Below are positions 27,048 to 42,700 of a DNA stretch of 64,000 bases, one piece after another (positions within the stretch are counted from its first letter, which is position 1; the number at the start of each line of letters is the position of its first letter). A program made the position numbers and the translations under genes. This stretch comes from Eledone cirrhosa (lineage: Eukaryota): the NCBI GenBank assembly GCA_964016885.1, contig OZ024743.1, positions 212,226,001-212,290,000 of the forward strand, given 5' to 3'. Under the pieces are notes generated by a model. That model saw only the letters and a program-made list of their open reading frames with translations. It searched no databases and was not told the DNA's origin.

Positions 27048-30000
27048 GAAAATCACACCACACACAACCAATGTGTGTCTGCACATGTACCAGTAATTAC
27101 AGATCGATCCCACCACGAGTTCAATGTAAACAAACTTACGCTCAACGACTTTGTTGACGTTTAACACGGTTTGGTTCCACAGCCACAACTATTGATTTTA
27201 CGGAGATATCTTGCTGAAATTCACGCCACACATAGCCAATGAGTGTCTGCACATGTAGCAGTAATTACAGATCGATCCGACCACGGATGGCCGGCCCGCG
27301 ATTGAAAAGGTAACTCTGCCGGCAAATCGTCATTTTTGGATTCGTTTTCTTCGAAGCACACCATTCGCCGGCGGACTTTGTTGACGTTTAACACGGTTTG
27401 GTTCCACAGCCACAACTATTGATTTTAAGGAGATATCTTGCTGAAATTCACGCCACACATAGCCAATGAGTGTCTGCACATGTACCATTAATTACAGATG
27501 GATCCCACCACGGGCGGCCGGCCCACAATCGAAACGGTTACTCCGCCTGCAAATCTTCATTTTCGGATTCGTTTTCTTCGAAGCACACCATTCGCCGGCG
27601 GACTTCAGCTGCCTCATTTAGCATGAGCAGTTTTTCTTGAAGATCACACCACACACAGCCAATGAGTGTCTGCACATGTACCAGTAATTACAGATGGATC
27701 CCACCACGGGCGGCCGGCCCACAATCGAAAAGGTTACTCCGCCTGCAAATCGTCATTTTCGGATTCGTTTTCTTCGAAGCACACCATTCGCCGGCGGACT
27801 TCAGCTGCCTCATTTAGCATGGGCAGTTTTTCTTGAAGATCACACCACACACACCCAATGAGTGTCTGCACATGTACCAGTAATTAGAGATCGATCCGAC
27901 CACGGGCGGCCGGCCCACGATCGAGAAAAAGGTAACTCCGCCGGCAAATCGTCATTTTTGTGATCCGTTTTCTTCGAAGCACACCATTCGCCGCCGGACT
28001 TCAGCTGCCTCATTTAGCATGGGCAGTTTTTTTTGAAAATCACACCACACACAACCAATGTGTGTCTGCACATGTACCAGTAATTACAGATCGATCCGAC
28101 CACGGGCGGCCGGCCCGCGATTGAAAAGGTAACTCCGCCGGCAAATCGTCATTTTTGTGATTCGTTTTCTTCGAAGCACACCATTCGCCGCCGGACTTCA
28201 GCTGCCTCATTTAGCATGGGCAGTTTTTTTTGAAAATCACACCACACACAACCAATGTGTGTCTGCACATGTACCAGTAATTACAGATCGATCCCACCAC
28301 GAGTTCAATGTAAACAAACTTACGCTCAACGACTTTGTTGACGTTTAACACGGTTTGGTTCCACAGCCACAACTATTGATTTTACGGAGATATCTTGCTG
28401 AAATTCACGCCACACATAGCCAATGAGTGTCTGCACATGTAGCAGTAATTACAGATCGATCCGACCACGGATGGCCGGCCCGCGATTGAAAAGGTAACTC
28501 TGCCGGCAAATCGTCATTTTTGGATTCGTTTTCTTCGAAGCACACCATTCGCCGGCGGACTTTGTTGACGTTTAACACGGTTTGGTTCCACAGCCACAAC
28601 TATTGATTTTAAGGAGATATCTTGCTGAAGTTCACGCCACTCATAGCCAATGAGTGTCTGCACATGTACCAGTAATTACAGATGGATCCCACCACGGGCG
28701 GCCGGCCCACAATCGAAAAGGTTACTCCGCCTGCAAATCGTCATTTTCGGATTCGTTTTCTTCGAAGCACACCATTCGCCGGCGGACTTCAGCTGCCTCA
28801 TTTAGCATGAGCAGTTTTTCTTGAAGATCACACCACACACAGCCAATGAGTGTCTGCACATGTACCAGTAATTACAGATGGATTCCACCACGGGCGGCCG
28901 GCCCACAATCGAAAAGGTTACTCCGCCTGCAAATCGTCATTTTCGGATTCGTTTTCTTCGAAGCACACCATTCGCCGGCGGACTTCAGCTGCCTCATTTA
29001 GCATGGGCAGTTTTTCTTGAAGATCACACCACACACACCCAATGAGTGTCTGCACATGTACCAGTAATTAGAGATCGATCCGACCACGGGCGGCCGGCCC
29101 ACGATCGAGAAAAAGGTAACTCCGCCGGCAAATCGTCATTTTTGTGATCCGTTTTCTTCGAAGCACACCATTCGCCGCCGGACTTCAGCTGCCTCATTTA
29201 GCATGGGCAGTTTTTTTTGAAAATCACACCACACACAACCAATGTGTGTCTGCACATGTACCAGTAATTACAGATCGATCCGACCACGGGCGGCCGGCCC
29301 GCGATTGAAAAGGTAACTCCGCCGGCAAATCGTCATTTTTGTGATTCGTTTTCTTCGAAGCACACCATTCGCCGCCGGACTTCAGCTGCCTCATTTAGCA
29401 TGGGCAGTTTTTTTTGAAAATCACACCACACACAACCAATGTGTGTCTGCACATGTACCAGTAATTACAGATCGATCCCACCACGAGTTCAATGTAAACA
29501 AACTTACGCTCAACGACTTTGTTGACGTTTAACACGGTTTGGTTCCACAGCCACAACTATTGATTTTACGGAGATATCTTGCTGAAATTCACGCCACACA
29601 TAGCCAATGAGTGTCTGCACATGTACCAGTAATTACAGATCGATCCGACCACGGACGGCCGGCCCGCGATTGAAAAGGTAACTCCGCCGGCAAATCGTCA
29701 TTTTTGGATTCGTTTTCTTCGAAGCACACCATTCGCCGGCGGACTTTGTTGACGTTTAACACGGTTTGGTTCCACAGCCACAACTATTGATTTTAAGGAG
29801 ATATCTTGCTGAAATTCACGCCACACATAGCCAATGAGTGTCTGCACATGTACCATTAATTACAGATGGATCCCACCACGGGCGGCCGGCCCACAATCGA
29901 AACGGTTACTCCGCCTGCAAATCGTCATTTTCGGATTCGTTTTCTTCGAAGCACACCATTCGCCGGCGGACTTCAGCTGCCTCATTTAGCATGAGCAGTT

Positions 30001-32967
30001 TTTCTTGAAGATCACACCACACATAGCCAATGAGTGTCTGCACATGTACCAGTAATTACAGATGGATCCCACCACGGGCGGCCGGCCCACAATCGAAAAG
30101 GTTACTCCGCCTGCAAATCGTCATTTTCGGATTCGTTTTCTTCGAAGCACACCATTCGCCGGCGGACTTCAGCTGCCTCATTTAGCATGGGCAGTTTTTC
30201 TTGAAGATCACACCACACACACCCAATGAGTGTCTGCACATGTACCAGTAATTAGAGATCGATCCGACCACGGGCGGCCGGCCCACGATCGAGAAAAAGG
30301 TAACTCCGCCGGCAAATCGTCATTTTTGTGATCCGTTTTCTTCGAAGCACACCATTCGCCGCCGGACTTCAGCTGCCTCATTTAGCATGGGCAGTTTTTT
30401 TTGAAAATCACACCACACACAACCAATGTGTGTCTGCACATGTACCAGTAATTACAGATCGATCCGACCACGGGCGGCCGGCCCGCGATTGAAAAGGTAA
30501 CTCCGCCGGCAAATCGTCATTTTTGTGATTCGTTTTCTTCGAAGCACACCATTCGCCGCCGGACTTCAGCTGCCTCATTTAGCATGGGCAGTTTTTTTTG
30601 AAAATCACACCACACACAACCAATGTGTGTCTGCACATGTACCAGTAATTACAGATCGATCCCACCACGAGTTCAATGTAAACAAACTTACGCTCAACGA
30701 CTTTGTTGACGTTTAACACGGTTTGGTTCCACAGCCACAACTATTGATTTTACGGAGATATCTTGCTGAAATTCACGCCACACATAGCCAATGAGTGTCT
30801 GCACATGTACCAGTAATTACAGATCGATCCGACCACGGACGGCCGGCCCGCGATTGAAAAGGTAACTCCGCCGGCAAATCGTCATTTTTGGATTCGTTTT
30901 CTTCGAAGCACACCATTCGCCGGCGGACTTTGTTGACGTTTAACACGGTTTGGTTCCACAGCCACAACTATTGATTTTAAGGAGATATCTTGCTGAAATT
31001 CACGCCACACATAGCCAATGAGTGTCTGCACATGTACCATTAATTACAGATGGATCCCACCACGGGCGGCCGGCCCACAATCGAAACGGTTACTCCGCCT
31101 GCAAATCGTCATTTTCGGATTCGTTTTCTTCGAAGCACACCATTCGCCGGCGGACTTCAGCTGCCTCATTTAGCATGAGCAGTTTTTCTTGAAGATCACA
31201 CCACACACAGCCAATGAGTGTCTGCACATGTACCAGTAATTACAGATGGATCCCACCACGGGCGGCCGGCCCACAATCGAAAAGGTTACTCCGCCTGCAA
31301 ATCGTCATTTTCGGATTCGTTTTCTTCGAAGCACACCATTCGCCGGCGGACTTCAGCTGCCTCATTTAGCATGGGCAGTTTTTCTTGAAGATCACACCAC
31401 ACACACCCAATGAGTGTCTGCACATGTACCAGTAATTAGAGATCGATCCGACCACGGGCGGCCGGCCCACGATCGAGAAAAAGGTAACTCCGCCGGCAAA
31501 TCGTCATTTTTGTGATCCGTTTTCTTCGAAGCACACCATTCGCCGCCGGACTTCAGCTGCCTCATTTAGCATGGGCAGTTTTTTTTGAAAATCACACCAC
31601 ACACAACCAATGTGTGTCTGCACATGTACCAGTAATTACAGATCGATCCGACCACGGGCGGCCGGCCCGCGATTGAAAAGGTAACTCCGCCGGCAAATCG
31701 TCATTTTTGTGATTCGTTTTCTTCGAAGCACACCATTCGCCGCCGGACTTCAGCTGCCTCATTTAGCATGGGCAGTTTTTTTTGAAAATCACACCACACA
31801 CAACCAATGTGTGTCTGCACATGTACCAGTAATTACAGATCGATCCCACCACGAGTTCAATGTAAACAAACTTACGCTCAACGACTTTGTTGACGTTTAA
31901 CACGGTTTGGTTCCACAGCCACAACTATTGATTTTACGGAGATATCTTGCTGAAATTCACGCCACACATAGCCAATGAGTGTCTGCACATGTAGCAGTAA
32001 TTACAGATCGATCCGACCACGGATGGCCGGCCCGCGATTGAAAAGGTAACTCTGCCGGCAAATCGTCATTTTTGGATTCGTTTTCTTCGAAGCACACCAT
32101 TCGCCGGCGGACTTTGTTGACGTTTAACACGGTTTGGTTCCACAGCCACAACTATTGATTTTAAGGAGATATCTTGCTGAAGTTCACGCCACTCATAGCC
32201 AATGAGTGTCTGCACATGTACCAGTAATTACAGATGGATCCCACCACGGGCGGCCGGCCCACAATCGAAAAGGTTACTCCGCCTGCAAATCGTCATTTTC
32301 GGATTCGTTTTCTTCGAAGCACACCATTCGCCGGCGGACTTCAGCTGCCTCATTTAGCATGAGCAGTTTTTCTTGAAGATCACACCACACACAGCCAATG
32401 AGTGTCTGCACATGTACCAGTAATTACAGATGGATCCCACCACGGGCGGCCGGCCCACAATCGAAAAGGTTACTCCGCCTGCAAATCGTCATTTTCGGAT
32501 TCGTTTTCTTCGAAGCACACCATTCGCCGGCGGACTTCAGCTGCCTCATTTAGCATGGGCAGTTTTTCTTGAAGATCACACCACACACACCCAATGAGTG
32601 TCTGCACATGTACCAGTAATTAGAGATCGATCCGACCACGGGCGGCCGGCCCACGATCGAGAAAAAGGTAACTCCGCCGGCAAATCGTCATTTTTGTGAT
32701 CCGTTTTCTTCGAAGCACACCATTCGCCGCCGGACTTCAGCTGCCTCATTTAGCATGGGCAGTTTTTTTTGAAAATCACACCACACACAACCAATGTGTG
32801 TCTGCACATGTACCAGTAATTACAGATCGATCCGACCACGGGCGGCCGGCCCGCGATTGAAAAGGTAACTCCGCCGGCAAATCGTCATTTTTGTGATTCG
32901 TTTTCTTCGAAGCACACCATTCGCCGCCGGACTTCAGCTGCCTCATTTAGCATGGGCAGTTTTTTTT
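27048..32967. repeat. Five tandem 1184-bp 6-mer HORs (D-E-A-A-B-C)
   Basis: Repeat-derived ORF starts at 26973, 28157, 29341, 30525, 31709 and 32893 are exactly 1184 apart; 168+227+196+196+200+197=1184. Confidence 0.96.
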
Positions 32968-35900
32968 GAAAATCACACCACACACAACCAATGTGTGTCT
33001 GCACATGTACCAGTAATTACAGATCGATCCCACCACGAGTTCAATGTAAACAAACTTACGCTCAACGACTTTGTTGACGTTTAACACGGTTTGGTTCCAC
33101 AGCCACAACTATTGATTTTACGGAGATATCTTGCTGAAATTCACGCCACACATAGCCAATGAGTGTCTGCACATCTACCAGTAATTACAGATGGATCCCA
33201 CCACGGGCGGCCGGCCCACAATCGAAAAGGTTACTCCGCCTGCAAATCGTCATTTTCGGATTCGTTTTCTTCGAAGCACACCATTCGCCGGCGGACTTCA
33301 GCTGCCTCATTTAGCATGAGCAGTTTTTCTTGAAGATCACACCACACACAGCCAATGAGTGTCTGCACATGTACGAGTAATTACAGATGGATCCCACCAC
33401 GGGCGGCCGGCCCACAATCGAAAAGGTTACTCCGCCTGCAAATCGTCATTTTCGGATTCGTTTTCTTCGAAGCACACCATTCGCCGGCGGACTTCAGCTG
33501 CCTCATTTAGCATGAGCAGTTTTTCTTGAAGATCACACCACACACAGCCAATGAATGTCTGCACATGTACCAGTAATTACAGATGGATCCCACCACGGGC
33601 GGCCGGCCCACAATCGAAAAGGTTACTCCGCCTGCAAATCGTCATTTTCGGATTCGTTTTCTTCGAAGCACACCATTCGCCGGCGGACTTAAGCTGCCTC
33701 ATTTAGCATGGGCAGTTTTTCTTGAAGATCACATCACACACAGCCAATGAGTGTCTGCACATGTACCAGTAATTACAGATGGATCCCACCACGGGCGGCC
33801 GGCCCACAATCGAAAAGGTTACTCCGCCTGCAAATCGTCATTTTCGGATTCGTTTTCTTCGAAGCACACCATTCGCCGGCGGACTTCAGCTGCCTCATTT
33901 AGCATGGGCAGTTTTTCTTGAAGATCACACCACACACAGCCAATGAGTGTCTGCACATGTACCAGTAATTAGAGATCGATCCGACCACGGGCGGCCGGCC
34001 CACAATCGAAAAGGTTACTCCGCCTGCAAATCGTCATTTTCGGATTCGTTTTCTTCGAAGCACACCATTCGCCGGCGGACTTCAGCTGCCTCATTTAGCA
34101 TGGGCAGTTTTTCTTGAAGATCACACCACACACAGCCAATGAGTGTCTGCACATGTACCAGTAATTAGAGATCGATCCGACCACGGGCGGCCGGCCCACG
34201 ATCGAGAAAAAGGTAACTCCGCCGGCAAATCGTCATTTTTGTGATCCGTTTTCTTCGAAGCACACCATTCGCCGCCGGACTTCAGCTGCCTCATTTAGCA
34301 TGGGCAGTTTTTTTTGAAAATCACACCACACACAACCAATGTGTGTCTGCACATGTACCAGTAATTACAGATCGATCCGACCACGGGCGACCGGCCCGCG
34401 ATTGAAAAGGTAACTCCGCCGGCAAATCGTCATTTTTGTGATTCGTTTTCTTCGAAGCACACCATTCGCCGCCGGACTTCAGCTGCCTCATTTAGCATGG
34501 GCAGTTTTTTTTGAAAATCACACCACACACAACCATTGTGTGTCTGCACATGTACCAGTAATTACAGATCGATCCCACCACGAGTTCAATGTAAACTAAC
34601 TTACGCTCAACGACTTTGTTGACGTTTAACACGGTTTGGTTCCACAGCCACAACTATTGATTTTACGGAGATATCTTGCTGAAATTCACGCCACACATAG
34701 CCAATGAGTGTCTGCACATGTACCAGTAATTACAGATGGATCCCACCACGGGCGGCCGGCCCACAATCGAAAAGGTTACTCCGCCTGCAAATCGTCATTT
34801 TCGGATTCGTTTTCTTCGAAGCACACCATTCGCCGACGGACTTCAGCTGCCTCATTTAGCATGAGCAGTTTTTCTTGAAGATCACACCACACACAGCCAA
34901 TGAGTGTCTGCACATGTACCAGTAATTACAGATGGATCCCACCACGGGCGGCCGGCCCACAATCGAAAAGGTTACTCCGCCTGCAAATCGTCATTTTCGG
35001 ATTCGTTTTCTTCGAAGCACACCATTCGCCGGCGGACTTCAGCTGCCTCATTTAGCATGGGCAGTTTTTCTTGAAGATCACACCACACACAGCCAATGAG
35101 TGTCTGCACATGTACCACTAACTACAGATGGATCCCACCACGGGCGGCCGGCCCACAATCGAAAAGGTTACTCCGCCTGCAAATCGTCATTTTCGGATTC
35201 GTTTTCTTCGAAGCACACCATTCGCCGGCGGACTTCAGCTGCCTCATTTAGCATGAGCAGTTTTTCTTGAAGATCACACCACACACAGCCAATGAGTGTC
35301 TGCAAATGTACCAGTAATTACAGATGGATCCCACCACGGGCGGCCGGCCCACAATCGAAAAGGTTACTCCGTCTGCAAATCGTCATTTTCGGATTCGTTT
35401 TCTTCGAAGCACACCATTCGCCGGCGGACTTCAGCTGCCTCATTTAGCATGAGCAGTTTTTCTTGAAGATCACACCACACACAGCCAATGAGTGTCTGCA
35501 CATGTACCAGTAATTACAGATGGATCCCACCACGGGCGGCCGGCCCACAATCGAAAAGGTTACTCCGCCTGCAAATCGTCATTTTCGGATTCGTTTTCTT
35601 CGAAGCACACCATTCGCCGGCGGACTTCAGCTGCCTCATTTAGCATGAGCAGTTTTTCTTGAAGATCACACCACACACAGCCAATGAGTGTCTGCACATG
35701 TACCAGTAATTAGAGATCGATCCGACCACGGGCGGCCGGCCCACGATCGAGAAAAAGGTAACTCCGCCGGCAAATCGTCATTTTTGTGATCCGTTTTCTT
35801 CGAAGCACACCATTCGCCGCCGGACTTCAGCTGCCTCATTTAGCATGGGCAGTTTTTTTTGAAAATCACACCACACACAACCAATGTGTGTCTGCACATG

Positions 35901-38586
35901 TACCAGTAATTACAGATCGATCCGACCACGGGCGGCCGGCCCGCGATTGAAAAGGTAACTCCGCCGGCAAATCGTCATTTTTGTGATTCGTTTTCTTCGA
36001 AGCACACCATTCGCCGCCGGACTTCAGCTGCCTCATTTAGCATGGGCAGTTTTTTTTGAAAATCACACCACACACAACCAATGTGTGTCTGCACATGTAC
36101 CAGTAATTACAGATCGATCCCACCACGAGTTCAATGTAAACAAACTTACGCTCAACGACTTTGTTGACGTTTAACACGGTTTGGTTCCACAGCCACAACT
36201 ATTGATTTTACGGAGATATCTTGCTGAAATTCACGCCACACATAGCCAATGAGTGTCTGCACATCTACCAGTAATTACAGATGGATCCCACCACGGGCGG
36301 CCGGCCCACAATCGAAAAGGTTACTCCGCCTGCAAATCGTCATTTTCGGATTCGTTTTCTTCGAAGCACACCATTCGCCGGCGGACTTCAGCTGCCTCAT
36401 TTAGCATGAGCAGTTTTTCTTGAAGATCACACCACACACAGCCAATGAGTGTCTGCACATGTACGAGTAATTACAGATGGATCCCACCACGGGCGGCCGG
36501 CCCACAATCGAAAAGGTTACTCCGCCTGCAAATCGTCATTTTCGGATTCGTTTTCTTCGAAGCACACCATTCGCCGGCGGACTTCAGCTGCCTCATTTAG
36601 CATGAGCAGTTTTTCTTGAAGATCACACCACACACAGCCAATGAATGTCTGCACATGTACCAGTAATTACAGATGGATCCCACCACGGGCGGCCGGCCCA
36701 CAATCGAAAAGGTTACTCCGCCTGCAAATCGTCATTTTCGGATTCGTTTTCTTCGAAGCACACCATTCGCCGGCGGACTTCAGCTGCCTCATTTAGCATG
36801 GGCAGTTTTTCTTGAAGATCACACCACACACAGCCAATGAGTGTCTGCACATGTACCAGTAATTAGAGATCGATCCGACCACGGGCGGCCGGCCCACAAT
36901 CGAAAAGGTTACTCCGCCTGCAAATCGTCATTTTCGGATTCGTTTTCTTCGAAGCACACCATTCGCCGGCGGACTTCAGCTGCCTCATTTAGCATGGGCA
37001 GTTTTTCTTGAAGATCACACCACACACAGCCAATGAGTGTCTGCACATGTACCAGTAATTAGAGATCGATCCGACCACGGGCGGCCGGCCCACGATCGAG
37101 AAAAAGGTAACTCCGCCGGCAAATCGTCATTTTTGTGATCCGTTTTCTTCGAAGCACACCATTCGCCGCCGGACTTCAGCTGCCTCATTTAGCATGGGCA
37201 GTTTTTTTTGAAATTCACGCCACACATAGCCAATGAGTGTCTGCACATGTACCAGTAATTACAGATGGATCCCACCACGGGCGGCCGGCCCACAATCGAA
37301 AAGGTTACTCCGCCTGCAAATCGTCATTTTCGGATTCGTTTTCTTCGAAGCACACCATTCGCCGACGGACTTCAGCTGCCTCATTTAGCATGAGCAGTTT
37401 TTCTTGAAGATCACACCACACACAGCCAATGAGTGTCTGCACATGTACCAGTAATTACAGATGGATCCCACCACGGGCGGCCGGCCCACAATCGAAAAGG
37501 TTACTCCGCCTGCAAATCGTCATTTTCGGATTCGTTTTCTTCGAAGCACACCATTCGCCGGCGGACTTCAGCTGCCTCATTTAGCATGGGCAGTTTTTCT
37601 TGAAGATCACACCACACACAGCCAATGAGTGTCTGCACATGTACCACTAACTACAGATGGATCCCACCACGGGCGGCCGGCCCACAATCGAAAAGGTTAC
37701 TCCGCCTGCAAATCGTCATTTTCGGATTCGTTTTCTTCGAAGCACACCATTCGCCGGCGGACTTCAGCTGCCTCATTTAGCATGAGCAGTTTTTCTTGAA
37801 GATCACACCACACACAGCCAATGAGTGTCTGCAAATGTACCAGTAATTACAGATGGATCCCACCACGGGCGGCCGGCCCACAATCGAAAAGGTTACTCCG
37901 TCTGCAAATCGTCATTTTCGGATTCGTTTTCTTCGAAGCACACCATTCGCCGGCGGACTTCAGCTGCCTCATTTAGCATGAGCAGTTTTTCTTGAAGATC
38001 ACACCACACACAGCCAATGAGTGTCTGCACATGTACCAGTAATTACAGATGGATCCCACCACGGGCGGCCGGCCCACAATCGAAAAGGTTACTCCGCCTG
38101 CAAATCGTCATTTTCGGATTCGTTTTCTTCGAAGCACACCATTCGCCGGCGGACTTCAGCTGCCTCATTTAGCATGAGCAGTTTTTCTTGAAGATCACAC
38201 CACACACAGCCAATGAGTGTCTGCACATGTACCAGTAATTAGAGATCGATCCGACCACGGGCGGCCGGCCCACGATCGAGAAAAAGGTAACTCCGCCGGC
38301 AAATCGTCATTTTTGTGATCCGTTTTCTTCGAAGCACACCATTCGCCGCCGGACTTCAGCTGCCTCATTTAGCATGGGCAGTTTTTTTTGAAAATCACAC
38401 CACACACAACCAATGTGTGTCTGCACATGTACCAGTAATTACAGATCGATCCGACCACGGGCGGCCGGCCCGCGATTGAAAAGGTAACTCCGCCGGCAAA
38501 TCGTCATTTTTGCGATTCGTTTTCTTCGAAGCACACCATTCGCCGCCGGACTTCAGCTGCCTCATTTAGCATGGGCAGTTCTTTTT
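32968..38586. repeat. E-less HOR zone with long A runs; a 3090-bp block and its deleted 2529-bp copy
   Basis: D is followed directly by A at 33.1, 34.7 and 36.2 kb. Private variants GCCGACGG, TACCACTAACTAC and TGCAAATGTA each occur twice here, 2529 bp apart. Confidence 0.9.
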
Positions 38587-39766
38587 GAAAATCACACCAC
38601 ACACAACCAATGTGTGTCTGCACATGTACCAGTAATTACAGATCGATCCCACCACGAGTTCAATGTAAACAAACTTACGCTCAACGACTTTGTTGACGTT
38701 TAACACGGTTTGGTTCCACAGCCACAACTATTGATTTTACGGAGATATCTTGCTGAAATTCACGCCACACATAGCCAATGAGTGTCTGCACATGTACCAG
38801 TAATTACAGATCGATCCGACCACGGACGGCCGGCCCGCGATTGAAAAGGTAACTCCGCCGGCAAATCGTCATTTTTGGATTCGTTTTCTTCGAAGCACAC
38901 CATTCGCCGGCGGACTTTGTTGACGTTTAACACGGTTTGGTTCCACAGCCACAACTATTGATTTTAAGGAGATATCTTGCTGAAATTCACGCCACACATA
39001 GCCAATGAGTGTCTGCACATGTACCATTAATTACAGATGGATCCCACCACGGGCGGCCGGCCCACAATCGAAACGGTTACTCCGCCTGCAAATCGTCATT
39101 TTCGGATTCGTTTTCTTCGAAGCACACCATTCGCCGGCGGACTTCAGCTGCCTCATTTAGCATGAGCAGTTTTTCTTGAAGATCACACCACACACAGCCA
39201 ATGAGTGTCTGCACATGTACCAGTAATTACAGATGGATCCCACCACGGGCGGCCGGCCCACAATCGAAAAGGTTACTCCGCCTGCAAATCGTCATTTTCG
39301 GATTCGTTTTCTTCGAAGCACACCATTCGCCGGCGGACTTCAGCTGCCTCATTTAGCATGAGCAGTTTTTCTTGAAGATCACACCACACACAGCCAATGA
39401 GTGTCTGCACATGTACCAGTAATTACAGATGGATCCCACCACGGGCGTCCGGCCCACAATCGAAAAGGTTACTCCGCCTGCAAATCGTCATTTTCGGATT
39501 CGTTTTCTTCGAAGCACACCATTCGCCGGCGGACTTCAGCTGCCTCATTTAGCATGAGCAGTTTTTCTTGAAGATCACACCACACATAGCCAATGAGTGT
39601 CTGCACATGTACCAGTAATTAGAGATCGATCCGACCACGGGCGGCCGGCCCGCGATTGAAAAGGTAACTCCGCCGGCAAATCGTCATTTTTGTGATTCGT
39701 TTTCTTCGAAGCACACCATTCGCCGCCGGACTTCAGCTGCCTCATTTAGCATGGGCAGTTTTTTTT

Positions 39767-42700
39767 GAAAATCACACCACACACAACCAATGTGTGTCTG
39801 CACATGTACCAGTAATTACAGATCGATCCCACCACGAGTTCAATGTAAACAAACTTACGCTCAACGACTTTGTTGACGTTTAACACGGTTTGGTTCCACA
39901 GCCACAACTATTGATTTTACGGAGATATCTTGCTGAAATTCACGCCACACATAGCCAATGAGAGTCTGCACATGTACCAGTAATTACAGATCGATCCGAC
40001 CAGGGGCGGCCGGCCCGCGATTGAAAAGGTAACTCCGCCGGCAAATCGTCATTTTTGGATTCGTTTTCTTCGAAGCACACCATTCGCCGGCGGACTTTGT
40101 TGACGTTTAACACGGTTTGGTTCCACAGCCACAACTATTGATTTTACGGAGATATCTTGCTGAAATTCACGCCACACATAGCCAATGAGTGTCTGCACAT
40201 GTAGCAGTAATGACAGATCGATCCGACCACGGATGGCCGGCCCGCGATTGAAAAGGTAACTCCGCCGGCAAATCGTCATTTTTGGATTCGTTTTCTTCGA
40301 AGCACACCATTCGCCGGCGTACTTTGTTGACGTTTAACACGGTTTGGTTCCACAGCCACAACTATTGATTTTAAGGAGATATCTTGCTGAAGTTCACGCC
40401 ACTCATAGCCAATGAGTGTCTGCACATGTACCAGTAATTACAGATGGATCCCACCACGGGCGGCCGGCCCACAATCGAAAAGGTTACTCCGCCTGCAAAT
40501 CGTCATTTTCGGATTCGTTTTCTTCGAAGCACACCATTCGCCGGCGGACTTCAGCTGCCTCATTTAGCATGAGCAGTTTTTCTTGAAGATCACACCACAC
40601 ACAGCCAATGAGTGTCTGCACATGTACCAGTAATTACAGATGGATCCCACCACGGGCGGCCGGCCCACAATCGAAAAGGTTACTCCGCATGCAAATCGTC
40701 ATTTTCGGATTCGTTTTCTTCGAAGCACACCATTCGCCGGCGGACTTCAGCTGCCTCATTTAGCATGGGCAGTTTTTCTTGAAGATCACACCACACACAG
40801 CCAATGAGTGTCTGCACATGTACCAGTAATTAGAGATCGATCCGACCACGGGCGGCCGGCCCACGATCGAGAAAAAGGTAACTCCGCCGGCAAATCGTCA
40901 TTTTTGTGATCCGTTTTCTTCGAAGCACACCATTCGCCGCCGGACTTCAGCTGCCTCATTTAGCATGGGCAGTTTTTTTTGAAAATCACACCACACACAA
41001 CCAATGTGTGTCTGCACATGTACCAGTAATTACAGATCGATCCGACCACGGGCGGCCGGCCCGCGATTGAAAAGGTAACTCCGCCGGCAAATCGTCATTT
41101 TTGTGATTCGTTTTCTTCGAAGCACACCATTCGCCGCCGGACTTCAGCTGCCTCATTTAGCATGGGCAGTTTTTTTTGAAAATCACACCACACACAACCA
41201 ATGTGTGTCTGCACATGTACCAGTAATTACAGATCGATCCCACCACGAGTTCAATGTAAACAAACTTACGCTCAACGACTTTGTTGACGTTTAACACGGT
41301 TTGGTTCCACAGCCACAACTATTGATTTTACGGAGATATCTTGCTGAAATTCACGCCACACATAGCCAATGAGAGTCTGCACATGTACCAGTAATTACAG
41401 ATCGATCCGACCAGGGGCGGCCGGCCCGCGATTGAAAAGGTAACTCCGCCGGCAAATCGTCATTTTTGGATTCGTTTTCTTCGAAGCACACCATTCGCCG
41501 GCGGACTTTGTTGACGTTTAACACGGTTTGGTTCCACAGCCACAACTATTGATTTTACGGAGATATCTTGCTGAAATTCACGCCACACATAGCCAATGAG
41601 TGTCTGCACATGTAGCAGTAATGACAGATCGATCCGACCACGGATGGCCGGCCCGCGATTGAAAAGGTAACTCCGCCGGCAAATCGTCATTTTTGGATTC
41701 GTTTTCTTCGAAGCACACCATTCGCCGGCGTACTTTGTTGACGTTTAACACGGTTTGGTTCCACAGCCACAACTATTGATTTTAAGGAGATATCTTGCTG
41801 AAGTTCACGCCACTCATAGCCAATGAGTGTCTGCACATGTACCAGTAATTACAGATGGATCCCACCACGGGCGGCCGGCCCACAATCGAAAAGGTTACTC
41901 CGCCTGCAAATCGTCATTTTCGGATTCGTTTTCTTCGAAGCACACCATTCGCCGGCGGACTTCAGCTGCCTCATTTAGCATGAGCAGTTTTTCTTGAAGA
42001 TCACACCACACACAGCCAATGAGTGTCTGCACATGTACCAGTAATTACAGATGGATCCCACCACGGGCGGCCGGCCCACAATCGAAAAGGTTACTCCGCA
42101 TGCAAATCGTCATTTTCGGATTCGTTTTCTTCGAAGCACACCATTCGCCGGCGGACTTCAGCTGCCTCATTTAGCATGGGCAGTTTTTCTTGAAGATCAC
42201 ACCACACACAGCCAATGAGTGTCTGCACATGTACCAGTAATTAGAGATCGATCCGACCACGGGCGGCCGGCCCACGATCGAGAAAAAGGTAACTCCGCCG
42301 GCAAATCGTCATTTTTGTGATCCGTTTTCTTCGAAGCACACCATTCGCCGCCGGACTTCAGCTGCCTCATTTAGCATGGGCAGTTTTTTTTGAAAATCAC
42401 ACCACACACAACCAATGTGTGTCTGCACATGTACCAGTAATTACAGATCGATCCGACCACGGGCGGCCGGCCCGCGATTGAAAAGGTAACTCCGCCGGCA
42501 AATCGTCATTTTTGTGATTCGTTTTCTTCGAAGCACACCATTCGCCGCCGGACTTCAGCTGCCTCATTTAGCATGGGCAGTTTTTTTTGAAAATCACACC
42601 ACACACAACCATTGTGTGTCTGCACATGTACCAGTAATTACAGATGGATCCCACCACGGGCGGCCGGCCCACAATCGAAAAGGTTACTCCGCCTGCAAAT

